Shown here piece after piece: positions 30,240 through 56,589 of a stretch of DNA of 64,000 nt; the first letter of the stretch is position 1; each line of letters opens with the position of its first letter. Below the pieces are notes generated by a model. It did no database searches. It was not told the origin of the DNA and worked only from the letters and a program-made list of their open reading frames with translations. The stretch lies in assembly GCF_009914755.1 (NCBI RefSeq), contig NC_060940.1; one strand, given 5' to 3'. Both the position numbers and the translations under genes were made by a program. This stretch comes from the human T2T-CHM13v2.0 reference genome, Homo sapiens.

Positions 30240-31462
30240 GTCAACATCCTTAGCCATTAGGAATTATAACCACATAAGATACCACTTGACATCCACTGCA
30301 ATGGCTATACTGAAAAAGATAATAAAAAGTGTCGGCAAGGATGTGGAGAAATTGGAACCCTCACCACTGCTGGTGAGAATGGGAAATGGTGCAGCTGCTT
30401 TGGGAAACAGTCTGACAGTTCCTCAAAGAAAGCTGCCATATGACCCAGCAATTACACTCCTGAGCATATACCAAGAAAACTGAAAATATATGTTCACGTG
30501 AAAACTTGAGCACGAATATTCATGGAAGCATTCATATGGCTATTCATAATAGTCATGAAGTAGTAATGACCTAAATGTCCACCAACCGATGCATGGAGAA
30601 ATAAAATGTGGTCTATTTATACAATGGAATATTACTTATCAACAAAAAAGAATAGCTGGGCCTGGTGGCTCATGCCTGTAATCCCAGCACTTTGGGAGGC
30701 TGAGGCGGGTGGATCACTTGAGGTCAGGAATTCGAGACCAGCCTGGCCAACATGGTGAAACCCTGTCTCTACTAAACATACAAAAATTAGCCGGGTGTGG
30801 TGGCATGCGCCTGTAGTCCCAGCTACTAGGGAGGCTGAGGCAGGAGATCACTTGAACCCTGGAGGCAGAGGTTGCAGTGAGCCGTGATCACGCCACTGCA
30901 CTCCAGACTGGGTTACAGAGAGAGATTCCATCTCAAAAAAAAAAAAAAGAAAGAAAGAAAAACATAAAACAAAAGAACAAAAAACAAGAATATATCCTGC
31001 AACATAAATGAACCTTGAAAACATGATAGGCCAGGTACAGTAGCTCACAGCTGTAATCTCGGCACTTTGGAGGGCATAGGTAGGAGGACTGAGACCAGCC
31101 TGGGCAACACAGGGGGACTCTGTCTCTATAAAACAAAACAAAACAAACAAAAAAAACCCCATTATGCTAACGAAAGAAGCCAGTCACAGAAGACCAAAGA
31201 TATGATTCCATTTGTGGGAAATGTCCAGAATAAACAAATCTATATAAAGATAAGTGGTTTCCCAGGGCTGGGGAAGTGGGTGGGGTAATGAAGGATGATT
31301 GCCAAAGGTTATACAGTTTTTTGGGGGGTTAAATAAAATGTCCTAAAATTGGTTGTGTTGATGGTTGCACACCTGTGGAAGAAACGAAAAATGATTGAAT
31401 TGTACATTTTAAATGTGTGAAATGTATAATATGTGAATTATATCTCAATAAAGCTATTTTAA
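30240..31462 (+). mobile_element. Old L1 (L1MB/ME-like) ORF2 end and 3' UTR, interrupted by Alus (30655-30960, 31029-31157)
   Basis: GGCAAGGATGTGGAGAAATTGGAACCCTC, CCATATGACCCAGCAATT, ...TATCTCAATAAAGCT. Confidence 0.85.
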
Positions 31463-31473
31463 AAGATTACATG

Positions 31474-31767
31474 AGGCTGGGCATGGTGGCTCATGCCTGT
31501 AATCCCATCACTTTGGGAGGCCGAGGCGGGCAGATCACGAGGTCAGGAGTTCAAGACCAGCCTGACCAACATGGTGAAACCCCTTCTCTACTAAAAATAC
31601 AAAAATTAGCCTAGCATGGTGGCGTGCATCTGTAATTCCAGCTACTCAGGAGGTTGAGGCAGGAGAATCACTTGAACCCGGGAGGCGGAGGTTACCGTGA
31701 GCTGAGATCACGCCACTGTACTCCAGCCTGGGTGACAGAGCAAGACTCCATCTCAAAAAAAAAAAAG
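31474..31767 (+). mobile_element. Alu (AluSg-like)
   Basis: GATCACGAGGTCAGGAG diagnostic. Confidence 0.9.
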
Positions 31768-32139
31768 TTACATGAATGCAACTCAAGAAGCGTAATTATC
31801 TCTCTGCATCTCTAAATAAATGATCTGTCAAATGCAATTTAAACCACTCATCGTTGGTTTTAAAATACATGCAGTTTTTGTAATTTAGATTTCTGCATTT
31901 TGTTTAATTTAATGCAATGCATATGTGTTCATCTTAGCAATGATATTCCAAAATTCACTCATAAAAAAACTAGAACATTGTAGCCAATAGGGAATTATAC
32001 ATGCAGCAGATCAGATTCAGACTGTGTGGACCTTGCTCTGACTTAGTCCTCACATCTAGTCAGCCAGCCATGCAGACCTTTTCATTTTATTCTGTGTATG
32101 TGGGCTTTGAGGGGGGCGGGAATGGAGGGAGTATTATAC

Positions 32140-33465
<1,326 letters not shown>

Positions 33466-33974
33466 TAACAGCATAGTAGTATTACTTTAGATATTTGATA
33501 GAAATAGATTTCAGAGTCTGTTGACTCCAGTTGTCATATGGTGAATTTCTTTCAGTCTAGGGTACTCAGCCACGCAAATAACCACACTTTTAGATATGGA
33601 TACACACATGGCGAAAGACTGCTTGACTACATAATGCACGAATGCAGCTCTCATTTTTAACCGGAGATAAGCACCTAATAGCATTATGATGCCTTAAAGG
33701 GGAACCTTGCCATGCAGTCATCAACCTGTACCTTTTAATTACAACTCATGACAATTACAATGTGGTATTTCCCCTTCCAAATCAAGATGAGAGAGGGTAC
33801 AGATAACCATGTCCCTTTTTCTTTCTTCTTACATGCTTGTTTGTTTTTGACAAAGGAAACAAACAGAACTAATGATGTAGTAATTTCAGCAGGCCTGGCT
33901 CCCACGTTTGGGGAATTTGGTGCAGCCCTGTACCAGTAGTCCTGAGAATTTTCACTCAGCATTCTCATTGCTTT

Positions 33975-34725
<751 letters not shown>

Positions 34726-35324
34726 CACCTCATCACTCTTTTTTTCCTTTAACACCTACAAAGCTTCCGGACCTCATGTCTCCTATGCAGGAGAGGCAGG
34801 ACGTGTAGATGTCCTACAAAATAACCGTGGTGGAAGTGGCAAGTCAATTATCTTTCTAATACAGAAAATATTTAGAAAGCCACATATTTACACTGAATAT
34901 GGGCTAAAACAGCATTTGTATTTTCTTTGACAAAGCTCATATTTAATGAAGTATGTTTATGTTGCTCTGAGAACCTAAGTTCATTTTCATCAATTATTTG
35001 TTTGGGTCTCTATCAAAGTGGACAATATGAAAGGTGTCTGCCTAGCCCAGAAACCATTGTTCCTCCTAGGAAACTGCCCCCACAATGTCCTCTCCCACCT
35101 TGGTGGCTCCCTGGAAGCCACATTTGTACCTCATGATCCCACTCCCTGGTCAGGACCCAGCCTGGCCAACCAATTCTGTCCTGAGAATCTGTCTTTGAGA
35201 CTGAGAAATGACGTGTTCATTACTGCAGGGGACCATGGGACTGCCTCATCCTGCCATTTGATTTGAATTAAGTAGACTTCATTCCCTGCCTTGAGATCCA
35301 TGTAAGAGATCCCTGTATTTATCT

Positions 35325-35845
35325 GTTTTCTTGAAACAGGGTCTTGCTCTGTTGCCCAAGCTGGAGCACAGTGGTGCGATCTCGGCTCACTGCAACTTCT
35401 GCCTCCTGGGCACAAGTTATTCTCCTGCCTTGGCCTTCTGAGTAGCTGGGATTACAAGCATGCACCACTGTGCCTGGCTACCCTGTATTTTTTAGTAAAA
35501 AGTTCTTATTTTCAAGTGTATCTGGGTTCATTTTGTACCAGTATGATTTTTTTTTTTTTTTTTTTTTGAGACAGGGTCTCACTCTGTCACCCAGGCTGGA
35601 GTGCAGGTCTGTCACTGTAGCCTTGAACTCCCAGGCTCAAGCCATCCTCCCAACCAACCTCAGCCTCCTGAGCAGCTGGGACTACAGCCACATGCCACCA
35701 CGCCTGGCTAATTTTTGTATTATTTATAGAGATGGGGTTTTATCATGCTGCCCAGGCTGATCTCAAACTCCTGAGCTCAAGTGCTCCTCCTTCCTTGTCC
35801 TCCCTAACTGCTGGGATTACAAGTGTGAGCCACTGTGCCCAGCCT
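35325..35845 (-). mobile_element. Alu right-arm monomer (35325-35480, TSD CCCTGTATTT) and Alu (35546-35845)
   Basis: Alu consensus. Confidence 0.85.
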
Positions 35846-35903
35846 GATATTTTGAAATAATGTGTATGTTCCCATACTGGTGGGCTGGCTTCTCTCCCTG
35901 CAG

Positions 35904-36054
35904 GTACCCCATCTGCAACCAGAGTTGAGCTGTGAAACTGCAGTCAGAGAGGAGGGTATGGCTTAGTGCAAATGTGGAAGTCTCAGTCATACAGAAGAAA
36001 ATGAAAAGCCTGTTCTTTCCTCTTCACAGGATTGTGAGAAGCAGGGATCTTGAG
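35904..36054 (+). ncRNA. Candidate exon of an unidentified (probably non-coding) transcript
   Basis: acceptor CTTCTCTCCCTGCAG|G, donor GAG|GTAGGT; internal alternative acceptor TTCTTTCCTCTTCACAG|G at 36029. Confidence 0.45.
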
Positions 36055-36983
36055 GTAGGTGAGATGGTTGGGCCCTTCATGTTTGTTTCTCTTTGGGGCT
36101 CTGCCTAGGTGAGAAGGGGATTCAGGCTCACCCAGCTGGGAGCAATGGAGCCTGAAGACATGAAGGCTCATGATTTGCTTCCCTGGACACTGTCTGGGGG
36201 AGGCTGCCAGCCCTGGGAGGCCTATCCTGTGGTTTGGCAACATTTTTAACAAGAGACTGAAGAGAACGTGGTGTCAAACACAGCTACAAAAATGAGTCTA
36301 GGGCAGAACCCCTTGGCTCTTCAAGGTGTGGCATTCAGGGACCTGGAGGTTTCCCCAGGTCCCAGCAAGGAGATGCAGAGAGCCTGAGAGAGCCTGTGGA
36401 CCCTCAGAGGCCTGGCTGGGTGCTGAGGCCTCTATGGCCCAGAGCACGGATGGTGCCAGACGTACACTCACACTTCAGCATCGCCAGTCCCAGGGGCAGG
36501 GGCAGGGAGATGCTCAGCTTCAGAGACCAATGCACGTCCATAGGACCCTACCTAGATGGGAATGACCCTTCTGTCATCTCCAGGACTCAGTGACCCTCTG
36601 TACCAAGGCACCATCCTGGGGAAGAGAAGGGGTGGGCCTTAAAGTAGCTGAGAAATCATTGCCCTGGGCTCCTGTTTGCCAGACACAGACACAGATGGAG
36701 CAGACGCAGCTCTCCTTTCTCACCCTCACCTCTCTGCAATGTAAAGAGCTCATCGGACACTGAAAAACTAAAGAAGCCATGTTCGCTTTGCATTCTGGGT
36801 GTTCTGTGAACTCCAATTTAGACCAGACTATACTAAAAGCTCCAGAATCCAAAACCAACAGACATTGTTCTCAGGGGCCAGAAAAGTTAATCCAAAAGAT
36901 ACCAATGACTCCCTTGTTTCTCCTGCCTATCCTGCCTCCCTCCACCTCTCCCTCTCTCCTGTCTTTCCCTCATTCCTCAGTAG

Positions 36984-37099
36984 GTCTCAAATGCCCTATT
37001 GGAGGTCAGGCTCTGGAGATTCCAAGATGACCACACAATCCCTCCTCCGTGGAATTCACAGTTCTGAGACAAGACAGAGACCAAGCAGCTCCAAGCCGG
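36984..37099 (+). ncRNA. Candidate exon of the same transcript
   Basis: ~70 nt polypyrimidine tract ending CCTCAGTAG|G (NAGNAG), donor CGG|GTAATT. Confidence 0.45.
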
Positions 37100-37354
37100 G
37101 TAATTAACACCAACACTGAGGTGTCCACGGGGGCTCTGGGAGCAGAGAGGGGAGCCTCTTCTCTCTGCTTGGGCAGGTGTGAGGGCAAGCGTGTGAGTTT
37201 CACAAGAATGTGTGTACCTCTTGTATAGATGTGGGTGTCTGTGGTAGATGCAAACAGTTACCTACCCCTAAACGATTCTTTCCCTTCTTTTTTCCTAATG
37301 GAACCAGATTTTGTTTGAGGCTGCCTGTGTGCCATCTTAAGGGCTGATGCATGA

Positions 37355-37872
<518 letters not shown>

Positions 37873-38430
37873 ATTAAAAAGTTTTAGAGCAGGAATGGAA
37901 GGAAGTAAAGTACACTTGGAAGAGGGCCAAGTGGGTGACTTGAGAGATCAAATGCACTGTTTTGACCTTTGACTTGGGGTTTTATATGTTGGCATGTTTC
38001 TGGGGGTGTTGGTTCCCTTCTCCCTGATTCTTCCCTTGGGGTGGGCTGTCCGCAGCTGCAGTGGCCTGCCAGCACTTGGGAAAGGAGCATGCACAGTGTG
38101 TTTCCTGGAGCTGTGCACATGCTCACTTGAGACGTCTTCCCTTACCAATTGCGTGTTCCTATAAGGAACCAGTTAAACTCTAATTTTGCCTCTTAGTGTG
38201 CCTGTGTGAGCCCACTCACCCAGCTTCTGAGATCTTATTAGGAAGCTAATCACCAGCTTCAGGGTTTTTCTATCTGTTGGGAGACTACCTTTGCCTGGTG
38301 CTGGCTGTGACCAGTAATGATCTCTGTGAGACAGTGTAACAACTGCCTGACCATCACCTGACAGATGCCTGCCAGTCATGGCGGGAGATGGCCTCTTCTG
38401 CCTGCTCATGTCTAGCTACCTACTGTAACA
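37873..38430 (-). mobile_element. ERV1 solo LTR (MER50-like), 3'-truncated
   Basis: minus strand start TGTTACAGTAGGTAGCTAGACATGAGCAGG; GTAAAGTACACTTGGAAGAGGGCC motif. Confidence 0.75.
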
Positions 38431-38745
38431 GTTCTATTTACGAAACCAGTTCCATTTATGAAAATTCATCAAGCTGTTCTCATGATATGTGCATTTTTCT
38501 TTATGTTGTACTATAAGTGTAGCTGAGAAAAGAAGTATGGGAAGTGGAGGAAAAAGTGTGAAGAAAATGCTAATGGGTTCTGTCTTACAAAGTGAGGAGT
38601 GAAGAGAGTTTGTCAGGTTGATGGAGAAGATATAAAATCCGGAATATGTAAATGAACAATAGTAACCAATAGATGAAGTAAAAGTAATACTAGAAGTGTC
38701 AAACATGGAGGAAACTAGGGAGGTAAAGTGAGCGTTAAATTCTCA

Positions 38746-39672
<927 letters not shown>

Positions 39673-40205
39673 TTATTACCTTGTGCATCTATTATTTTAA
39701 TAATACAGACCTTAAAAACAATGCAATTGACCAGGATGGAAGGAAACTAAAAAAAATAAAAATAAAAATAATACAAGACAATAAACAAGCACTACATTGT
39801 ATGATATAGTCAAGCAGTGCTGAGAAGGGCCTTCTGATGTTTTGAGGCCAGAGCACCTCTTTGCCCTGGCTACCAAACCATGTCACCAAGACCCACAGAA
39901 TGTCTAAAAGACCTTTTGGCTTTGAAATGTTTCTAGGACACAGGCTATAACCCACATTTTCCCTTAAACTATATTCCTAAAGTAGGCAATGGTATTTCTA
40001 AATCTCAGTTTTTCAGTACCATGGGGGAAGCACCAACAACTTTCAATGGTGCTAGGAGAGTCTTAAAGATGTCCCAACAGAATTATTTTTAATATATTTT
40101 ATGATTTAAACAGTTTATACTCATCAGCATTTGTAGACATTATGAGGCAAGGGGAATACAGAGGAGTATAGGAACCTGCATAAAATTTGATAAACAGTAG
40201 GATGT

Positions 40206-41003
<798 letters not shown>

Positions 41004-41872
41004 AGAGGTTTGCCATGGAATTAACAGAAGTCACCTTAAATTCAGGTCTTTTTCACACCTTGGACAAAACACACAGCTGAAGCAGGATGTCAGCTCACAA
41101 ATGTTCATTTACTTCACTCCACAAAAATATACACTAGGCTGAGTCCTGGAGATTCAGCGCACACCTTCAAGGACCCTTTAGGAGAGTAGACAGATTTTGT
41201 GAATTAAAATGGCAATTAATAGGGCCTTCTCCCTATTAAATGTATTCATAACATTTTGCACCCAATTTAGGAGGCTCCTGGGCCACCCCTAAAGCCCATC
41301 CTTGGAAGGATTCATGAACTTTTTGCTCTAAGAGTCTAAGAACTTAGGACCACCGTGTTTCTTATCACTTCCATGGATCCTAGGGCAAGGGTGCTTCTTG
41401 GGAAGCCAGCAGCCAGGAGACTCCTCTTGCAAGAAGATCCTGGAACATCTCTTCTGTTCACAGAGATATTCCAAGTGGAACCAAAGACAAGTCGAGCACC
41501 TTTGTTTACAGCTGAAGAAACTGGAAACCCAGAAAGGGGAAGTTTCACACAAGGTCTACTTCCTCATCCACTTAGAGATCACAATAACAATAGTCACAAT
41601 TGCTGCCTCAATGGAGTGCAGGGGAGTGGCAGTCACTCAAAGATCCTTCCAACACTCTGGCCTGGGCTTGATCATCCCTGTTCTCCAGAGTCAGAGAGGA
41701 CGAGTGGCTTGTCAGGTCACACAGCAGGAAGTAGCCCAGCTTGGCACAGAACTCAGTTCTGTGGAACTTCAAAGCAGGATGCCAACAGTTAAGAGGGCTA
41801 TAAAGGTGGCAGAGACACTGTCTTTGCCCTCATGAAGCTGGTAATCTTATTGGCTCTGGGGATGGGGCATTA

Positions 41873-42618
<746 letters not shown>

Positions 42619-43214
42619 TAAGAGGCAGCTGTGCTGAGTCTTTCTGCCTTGGTGGGGAGGTGAGAACTGCGCAGGGGGACAGGGAGCCTCTGCGGGGGTG
42701 GGAGGTCCTCTAATCAGCCTGCCATCAGTTATTGATCAGACCCCCGGGTCAGAACTTCTCCCTGGCCACGAGGCCTGGTTGACCTCTCCAGCCCGATCTG
42801 TTTCTCCACGGTCCTCCTTACCCCACTACCAATCCACATTTGCACCTGCCTGAACAGATACGCAGTTGCCGCCTTCCTTGCGTTGTCCACACAGCTCCCC
42901 TGCCTGGAAGGCCCTGGCCGTCCTGATCGCCGGGCAGTGAGTTCCTGTCCTTCCTTCACAGGCTGCTCACGCTCCAGTTCTGCGAGGCCCTCCCTGACCT
43001 CCAGCCTAACTTTGAGCCCTGCTGTTTTCAATGCCTCTGTTTCTGTCATTTCACTTGTCTTTCTCCTTCTTAGGGAGCCATATTCTTTCCTATGTCCCTG
43101 TCCTTTGCATGAGGCATAGTGTCCAGGACACACTCAAAAATACCAAAAAATGAAGGCACGCTCCTTCCCTTCTCTCCCTCTACACCCGGGCCTCATTTAA
43201 TTATGCACAGACTC

Positions 43215-43340
43215 TGGGAGTTGGCAAGTATTCACTTCAATTCCTCACTTTACAGATGAGGAAACCAAGACCCAGAGAGAGGAAGTGACTTCCCCAAGGT
43301 CACAGGCTGTTGATAGAGTCCAGACTGAACCCAGGTTTCT
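43215..43340 (-). mobile_element. MIR
   Basis: CACTTTACAGATGAGGAAACC..GTGACTTCCCCAAGGTCACA. Confidence 0.75.
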
Positions 43341-44419
43341 TTCCTCCCTGTCTTGCACCCTATTCCCTTCCCCATGCCTCTCAGAGTAGCCTTTCTCTTG
43401 GGGAAATGATGATTTTATTTAGCCACAAGGACCCTGTGATTGGATTAGGTTGTCCTCAAGACAACAGAGGGGGCCTCCAAGAAAGACATCTTTAATGGTG
43501 GAGGAGGAAGGAAGTGTAGAATAAGAATTGCTACAAACTTTGGTTTCCTCCTGTGTAAAACTGGGAGCCTGACCCCTGTCCTGCAGCAGTGTTCTGAGGA
43601 TATGTGTTGATGTAAGAGCCGAGGTTCTCATTCATGAAAAGCTTATATCACATGCTTCTCTTGCTGGCGGAATATCGCTTCTTCAGTCAAGAGCTTTTAT
43701 AATCTGGCCCAAATTACCTTTCCAGACTCATCTTATCCTATTCTAGCCCAACAGCTCACACTCCAGCCACATCTGGCTCCTCCCCTGTCCTAACCATTTC
43801 CTACCCTTTCCTCCTCTGTACCTATTTCCTCAGCCTGGACTAGCCTTTCCTCTCAATCCAACTATTGCATCCCCGGTCCATTTCTGGGTCCAGTTCAAAG
43901 ACCACCTCCTCTGAGAAGTCTTCCCTGATAGCCCTCCTTTCTGTGTCTCTGACGGTTTGCTCACTCTTCTCCTTAGGCATGGCTTGGTCATTTCCATTTG
44001 GATAAATGTTCCTCTTCCTTTTACCCTGTGGGTTTCTTGAGAGCAGAGATCCTGTGCTGTCAATATCTGTGTTTCCTGCAGCTCTTAGGCAGCTCTAGTA
44101 CAGAGCAGTTGCCCCATCCTGTCTGTGGTAAGCAAGAAATAAAGGCTTCCTGGGACAGAGTCAATGTGAAGAAAGATAACACCAGGCAGAGCCTTCAGGT
44201 GAAGCAGGAACATGGCTTCCAAGAACACTAATCATTGGTTTTGCAGAGCAAACCCCTAGCTGGCTCCTTTGTGTGCCTATTTTGGCCCAACTTTCACGTC
44301 AGCACGTTTCCACCATCCCCAAGCTGGAACTTCCCTCTGCCTCTCCGTGACTGACCCTTGCCTCACCAGATGTTTATTTTGCCTCCCAGGCTGAGGAGTT
44401 TAGACACTGCTCTTGCAAT

Positions 44420-44603
44420 AGGGGCCCCAGGCAGCTGTGTGACCTTGGCATGTTACTTTGCATCTCTGAGCCTTGGTGCACCTCCTCTGCAAAACAGCAA
44501 TTTAAAATAGCACCTGACTCCTGGGTTGCTGTGTTAATTAGATGAGCCAAGACATGGGAGGTGCCTAGCCCAGTGCCTGACACGAAGTAAATACTCAATT
44601 AAA
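44420..44603 (+). mobile_element. MIR
   Basis: GCTGTGTGACCTTGG..CTCTGAGCCT..CAGTGCCTGACAC. Confidence 0.7.
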
Positions 44604-44849
44604 GATGGAAAAAACAAAAATAAACTCACTTAGTATGTGTTTCCCTCTGTGTTGCCAAAACCTGTTCCTGGACCCTTGCCACCCATCTTGCTGTTTGGCG
44701 AGTCTTGCTTGGGGCAGTTTCCAGCTGCCCCCTGCCGGGAGCACCCCTGATGGAAACCTGGGACCCAGGAAGGAGGAGGTGCTGACACGACTGTGAATCC
44801 ACGGTCACCAAGCTGCCCCTTGCCCAGACTGTGGGTAAAACCTACATAA

Positions 44850-45986
<1,137 letters not shown>

Positions 45987-46867
45987 TAATCAAGTCAGGA
46001 ATTGCCGAGAGGAGGGAGAAGGGGAGGTGCAGGGCCAAGGCTGGGACTATTAACACATTTGGATTTTTGGAGGAATAGTTTATTACTCCTCCTCCTCCAG
46101 CTCCTTCTATATTCAAGGGTTTTCAAGCGGGAAAAGTTGAGGTCTTGGCCTTGGGTGACTTTCATAGCCACATGACCTTAGCAATGGATTGGTTGATGCA
46201 GAACTTCTCATTGATGACTTTGTAAACCCTTGGTTAGCTCACTGCTGTCTTGCTGCTTCTCTGTGTCAGAATTAAGAAACTACTCTAGGTCTTTCAACAG
46301 TGGGAGTTTAACACAAGGAATTGCTTACATAGATAATGGAAGGATGAAAGGCTGAACGGGATAGTGAGGAACACAGCTTAGCACCAGCAGGAAGCTTCTT
46401 ACTCCAAGGTTGAGGAGATGAAGCCCAGAAGCCAGTGTTGGTGGCAGCAGCTAGAACCATGGCAGGGCTGCCCGTGAGAGCTCGCCCCATGGAGGTGAGG
46501 GTTGTCTGGCAGGAGTCAGAGCCACAGAAGGGCTTGGAACCATAGATGATACACAGCCACTGTGGAAGATGCAGAGCAAGAGGGGGGAAATGGTTGATCC
46601 CCACATCTCACCCTACCGTACTCTGGTCTTGTACCATTTTCTCCCAACACACAAAGCTATGGAGAGCCACTTGACAAGGGAGCCTGGGAAACACAGCTTC
46701 CTGCAATATAGAGCAGAACATTGGAAAGGCAGGGAATAAGCTGGGAGCAAACAGTGGGCCATCTGTGTAACACAAGGCTGCTGGATGAAATGGCTGGGAA
46801 GTAAGAAAGCACTGCAGAGAGGAGCTGAGGGGGCCATGGCAGGCTGGATCCCATTGAAAGCCTTACA

Positions 46868-48270
<1,403 letters not shown>

Positions 48271-48301
48271 ATTATTTTTAATTTATATATATATATAATT
48301 A

Positions 48302-50870
<2,569 letters not shown>

Positions 50871-51769
50871 ATTTCTTTCTTTTCTTTCTCTTTTTTTTTT
50901 TTTTTAAAGCAAATATCCCTGGAAAAGAGGAAGAATGAAGAAAAAAAAGGGTATTGAGGAAGCTGGCAAAGAAAGAGCTTTCCCCAGCCTCCCTTTGAGG
51001 CAAGGTGGGGAGCAAGAAGAGTGCTTGGTGACAGAGGTGAGCTCCAAGAGACACTTCAGAGGACAGAATGGGCTCTGGAAGCCCCCAAGGGTACTTGGCC
51101 AGGAGCCTTTCCTCTCAGCCTTGGTCTTTCGGCCTCCAGGTCTCTCTCAGTCTCCCAACTTTGTCTCTGACTCTTTCTGATGGGGGATCACGCTGAGCCA
51201 AGGTGAGATGCTGACATAAAGTCCACACGGGAGCCTGCTCTGAGAGTCCCCTCAATGTTGACTTAGTATGAAGTCAGCTTGTCCAAACATCACCATGGAC
51301 AGTACTTCATTAGATTAAATGGCTTCTTTTTGCAAAGAAGAACCTGTACTAATATTTGCTTTGCATCTTGTAAAATCATATGGAAATAGGATAATGATGT
51401 TGAAAATAGAAAAAGAGTGAATTCCCAGAGAGAGTGTGGCTGAGATAGCTGTACTTTTCCAAGCAGCCCCTCCTCCCCCGTCCGCAGTCTCTCACTCTGA
51501 GCAGCCCCAGCCTCAGCCAAAGGTGACTGTCAGGCTCTGGAGTTTATTCAGATTCTCACATGGAGAGTTTTTTAAATTTAGACTCAAACCACCTTTCCCT
51601 TGGTGGGTCAGGGGTCTGTTTTTGTTGTTGTTTAAAAATTTGCTAAGAAATTCAAGAAAAGGGAGTAAACAGTTGTATGATTGTAAAAAAAATCTATCAC
51701 CAGTAAATGTTAATGAAAACAATTCTTTTTTCTTTTCTTTTTCTGTTTTCTTTTCTTCTTGTCTACTTT

Positions 51770-52110
<341 letters not shown>

Positions 52111-52897
52111 TGATTCACTAATTTGTCAAACATTTGCAGAGTCCTATGCACTGCATTCCCTGCACTATGACAGACACCAGGGTTGTACTAATTCATGTTT
52201 GCATCCATTTGTTTTTCAACAAATATTATTGAGTTCTTTCTGTGAGCCAAGCACTGAGTGAGGCTTCGAAGGGCAGGAAGGAATGTGAAATAGCTTAAGT
52301 TCCCTTACAATTTTGCCTTACAGGAGGCAATGAAGGATTCATCTATTCAATTGCTCCTTCCTGTATTAACTGACTCTACGTTTACTCCTGAACATCCACT
52401 ACTGGGCACTAAGATGCGGGGTGAGTGTAGCCCTGTCCTTTCGGAGTTCAAGGCTGGACACACCCCAGAATCCCTTCCCAACTCTGTCGCCATTAAGTCA
52501 CTCAACCAGACATCCACTAGACAGAATGAGGGGCACACATAAATATGAAACAATGGCCAGCTGACCAGTGAGGTGTCAGTGGCTGGCCCAGGCTCTGGAC
52601 CAGGGGACCTCAGGGAAGGCCAGCACCCTTCTTGGTGTCAGCCAGTACTTCCCCTTTGCTCACCTTCATTGTGTTTGCAATGTTATTTAGCAGCAGTGGC
52701 AGTGTGTCTTGTTCAGATCAGTGTCTGGCACATAGTAGGTGCCCAGAAATACTTGTGGCCTGACTTCAGCCAGCTTCCCAGAGCAACTGAGTTTCTGGAG
52801 GAGGAGGCCTTTGGGGCGGGATTTTGGGGGAAGACCAGGGGGCCTTGGTGTGCTGGCATGCAGAGGCACCAATATTTAGAAAAGTGTCACCCACATA

Positions 52898-53996
<1,099 letters not shown>

Positions 53997-54742
53997 GTGC
54001 CACGTATGTAATAAATGCTCCAAAGAAACATTAGAGGTGACGTTGATGATGGTGAGGTGATTAGTCATGAGTGACCAAGAAGCCAAAGGCAGAGGCTGGA
54101 GCCAGTTCCTGCGGATGCGTCCAACTCTGGAATCCTTGGAGATGTTTCTTTTTTCTTTCCTTTTTTTCCTTTTTTTGAGAGAGGGTCACCCAGGCTGGAG
54201 TGCAGTGGCACAATCACAGCTCATTGTAGCCTCAAGCTCTCTGAGGGATGTTTTTGAAATCCATGGATAATGATGTTTCTCTGCCTCTCCCTTGTCAGAG
54301 AAGCCTGGGGCCCAGGAGCTGGCAGGTCCCTATACCCCCTCCTGGAAGTCCACACTGCAGGCTTGTCCAGGAGCTTGCCTGGGTGGGACTTCGCTGGGCT
54401 AGGCACAGCAGGCCTCCCAGTCAGACTCCAGGGGACCAGAGCTGAAGAATCAGCCCCCACCAGCACACTCCCAGTTCCTCCTCTGCTGTTGGACACGGCT
54501 CTCAAGTTACTTCCCTGTGTGTGTGGTGGGGGAGTGAAGGGGACTCTATTTATCCTTCAAGCAACATGAAGGAAGAGGCTCATTGTTTTGCAGGATGACA
54601 GAGGAATTGCTTGCTCTGCTATTTATAGTTTGAAATGTTATCATTTTGCCTTGTTTTCGTGGCCTGAAGTCCCCAGCGCTTCCTGTCTAGCAGTCCTCAT
54701 TCTCTCCCTTTGCACAGTCTGCCTTTAGTTTAAAATCTTGGG

Positions 54743-56589
<1,847 letters not shown>

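Noticed and set aside
41355-41835. Two overlapping 145 aa ORFs
   Set aside because: No recognisable homology; the distal part overlaps MIR-like sequence; non-ATG starts.
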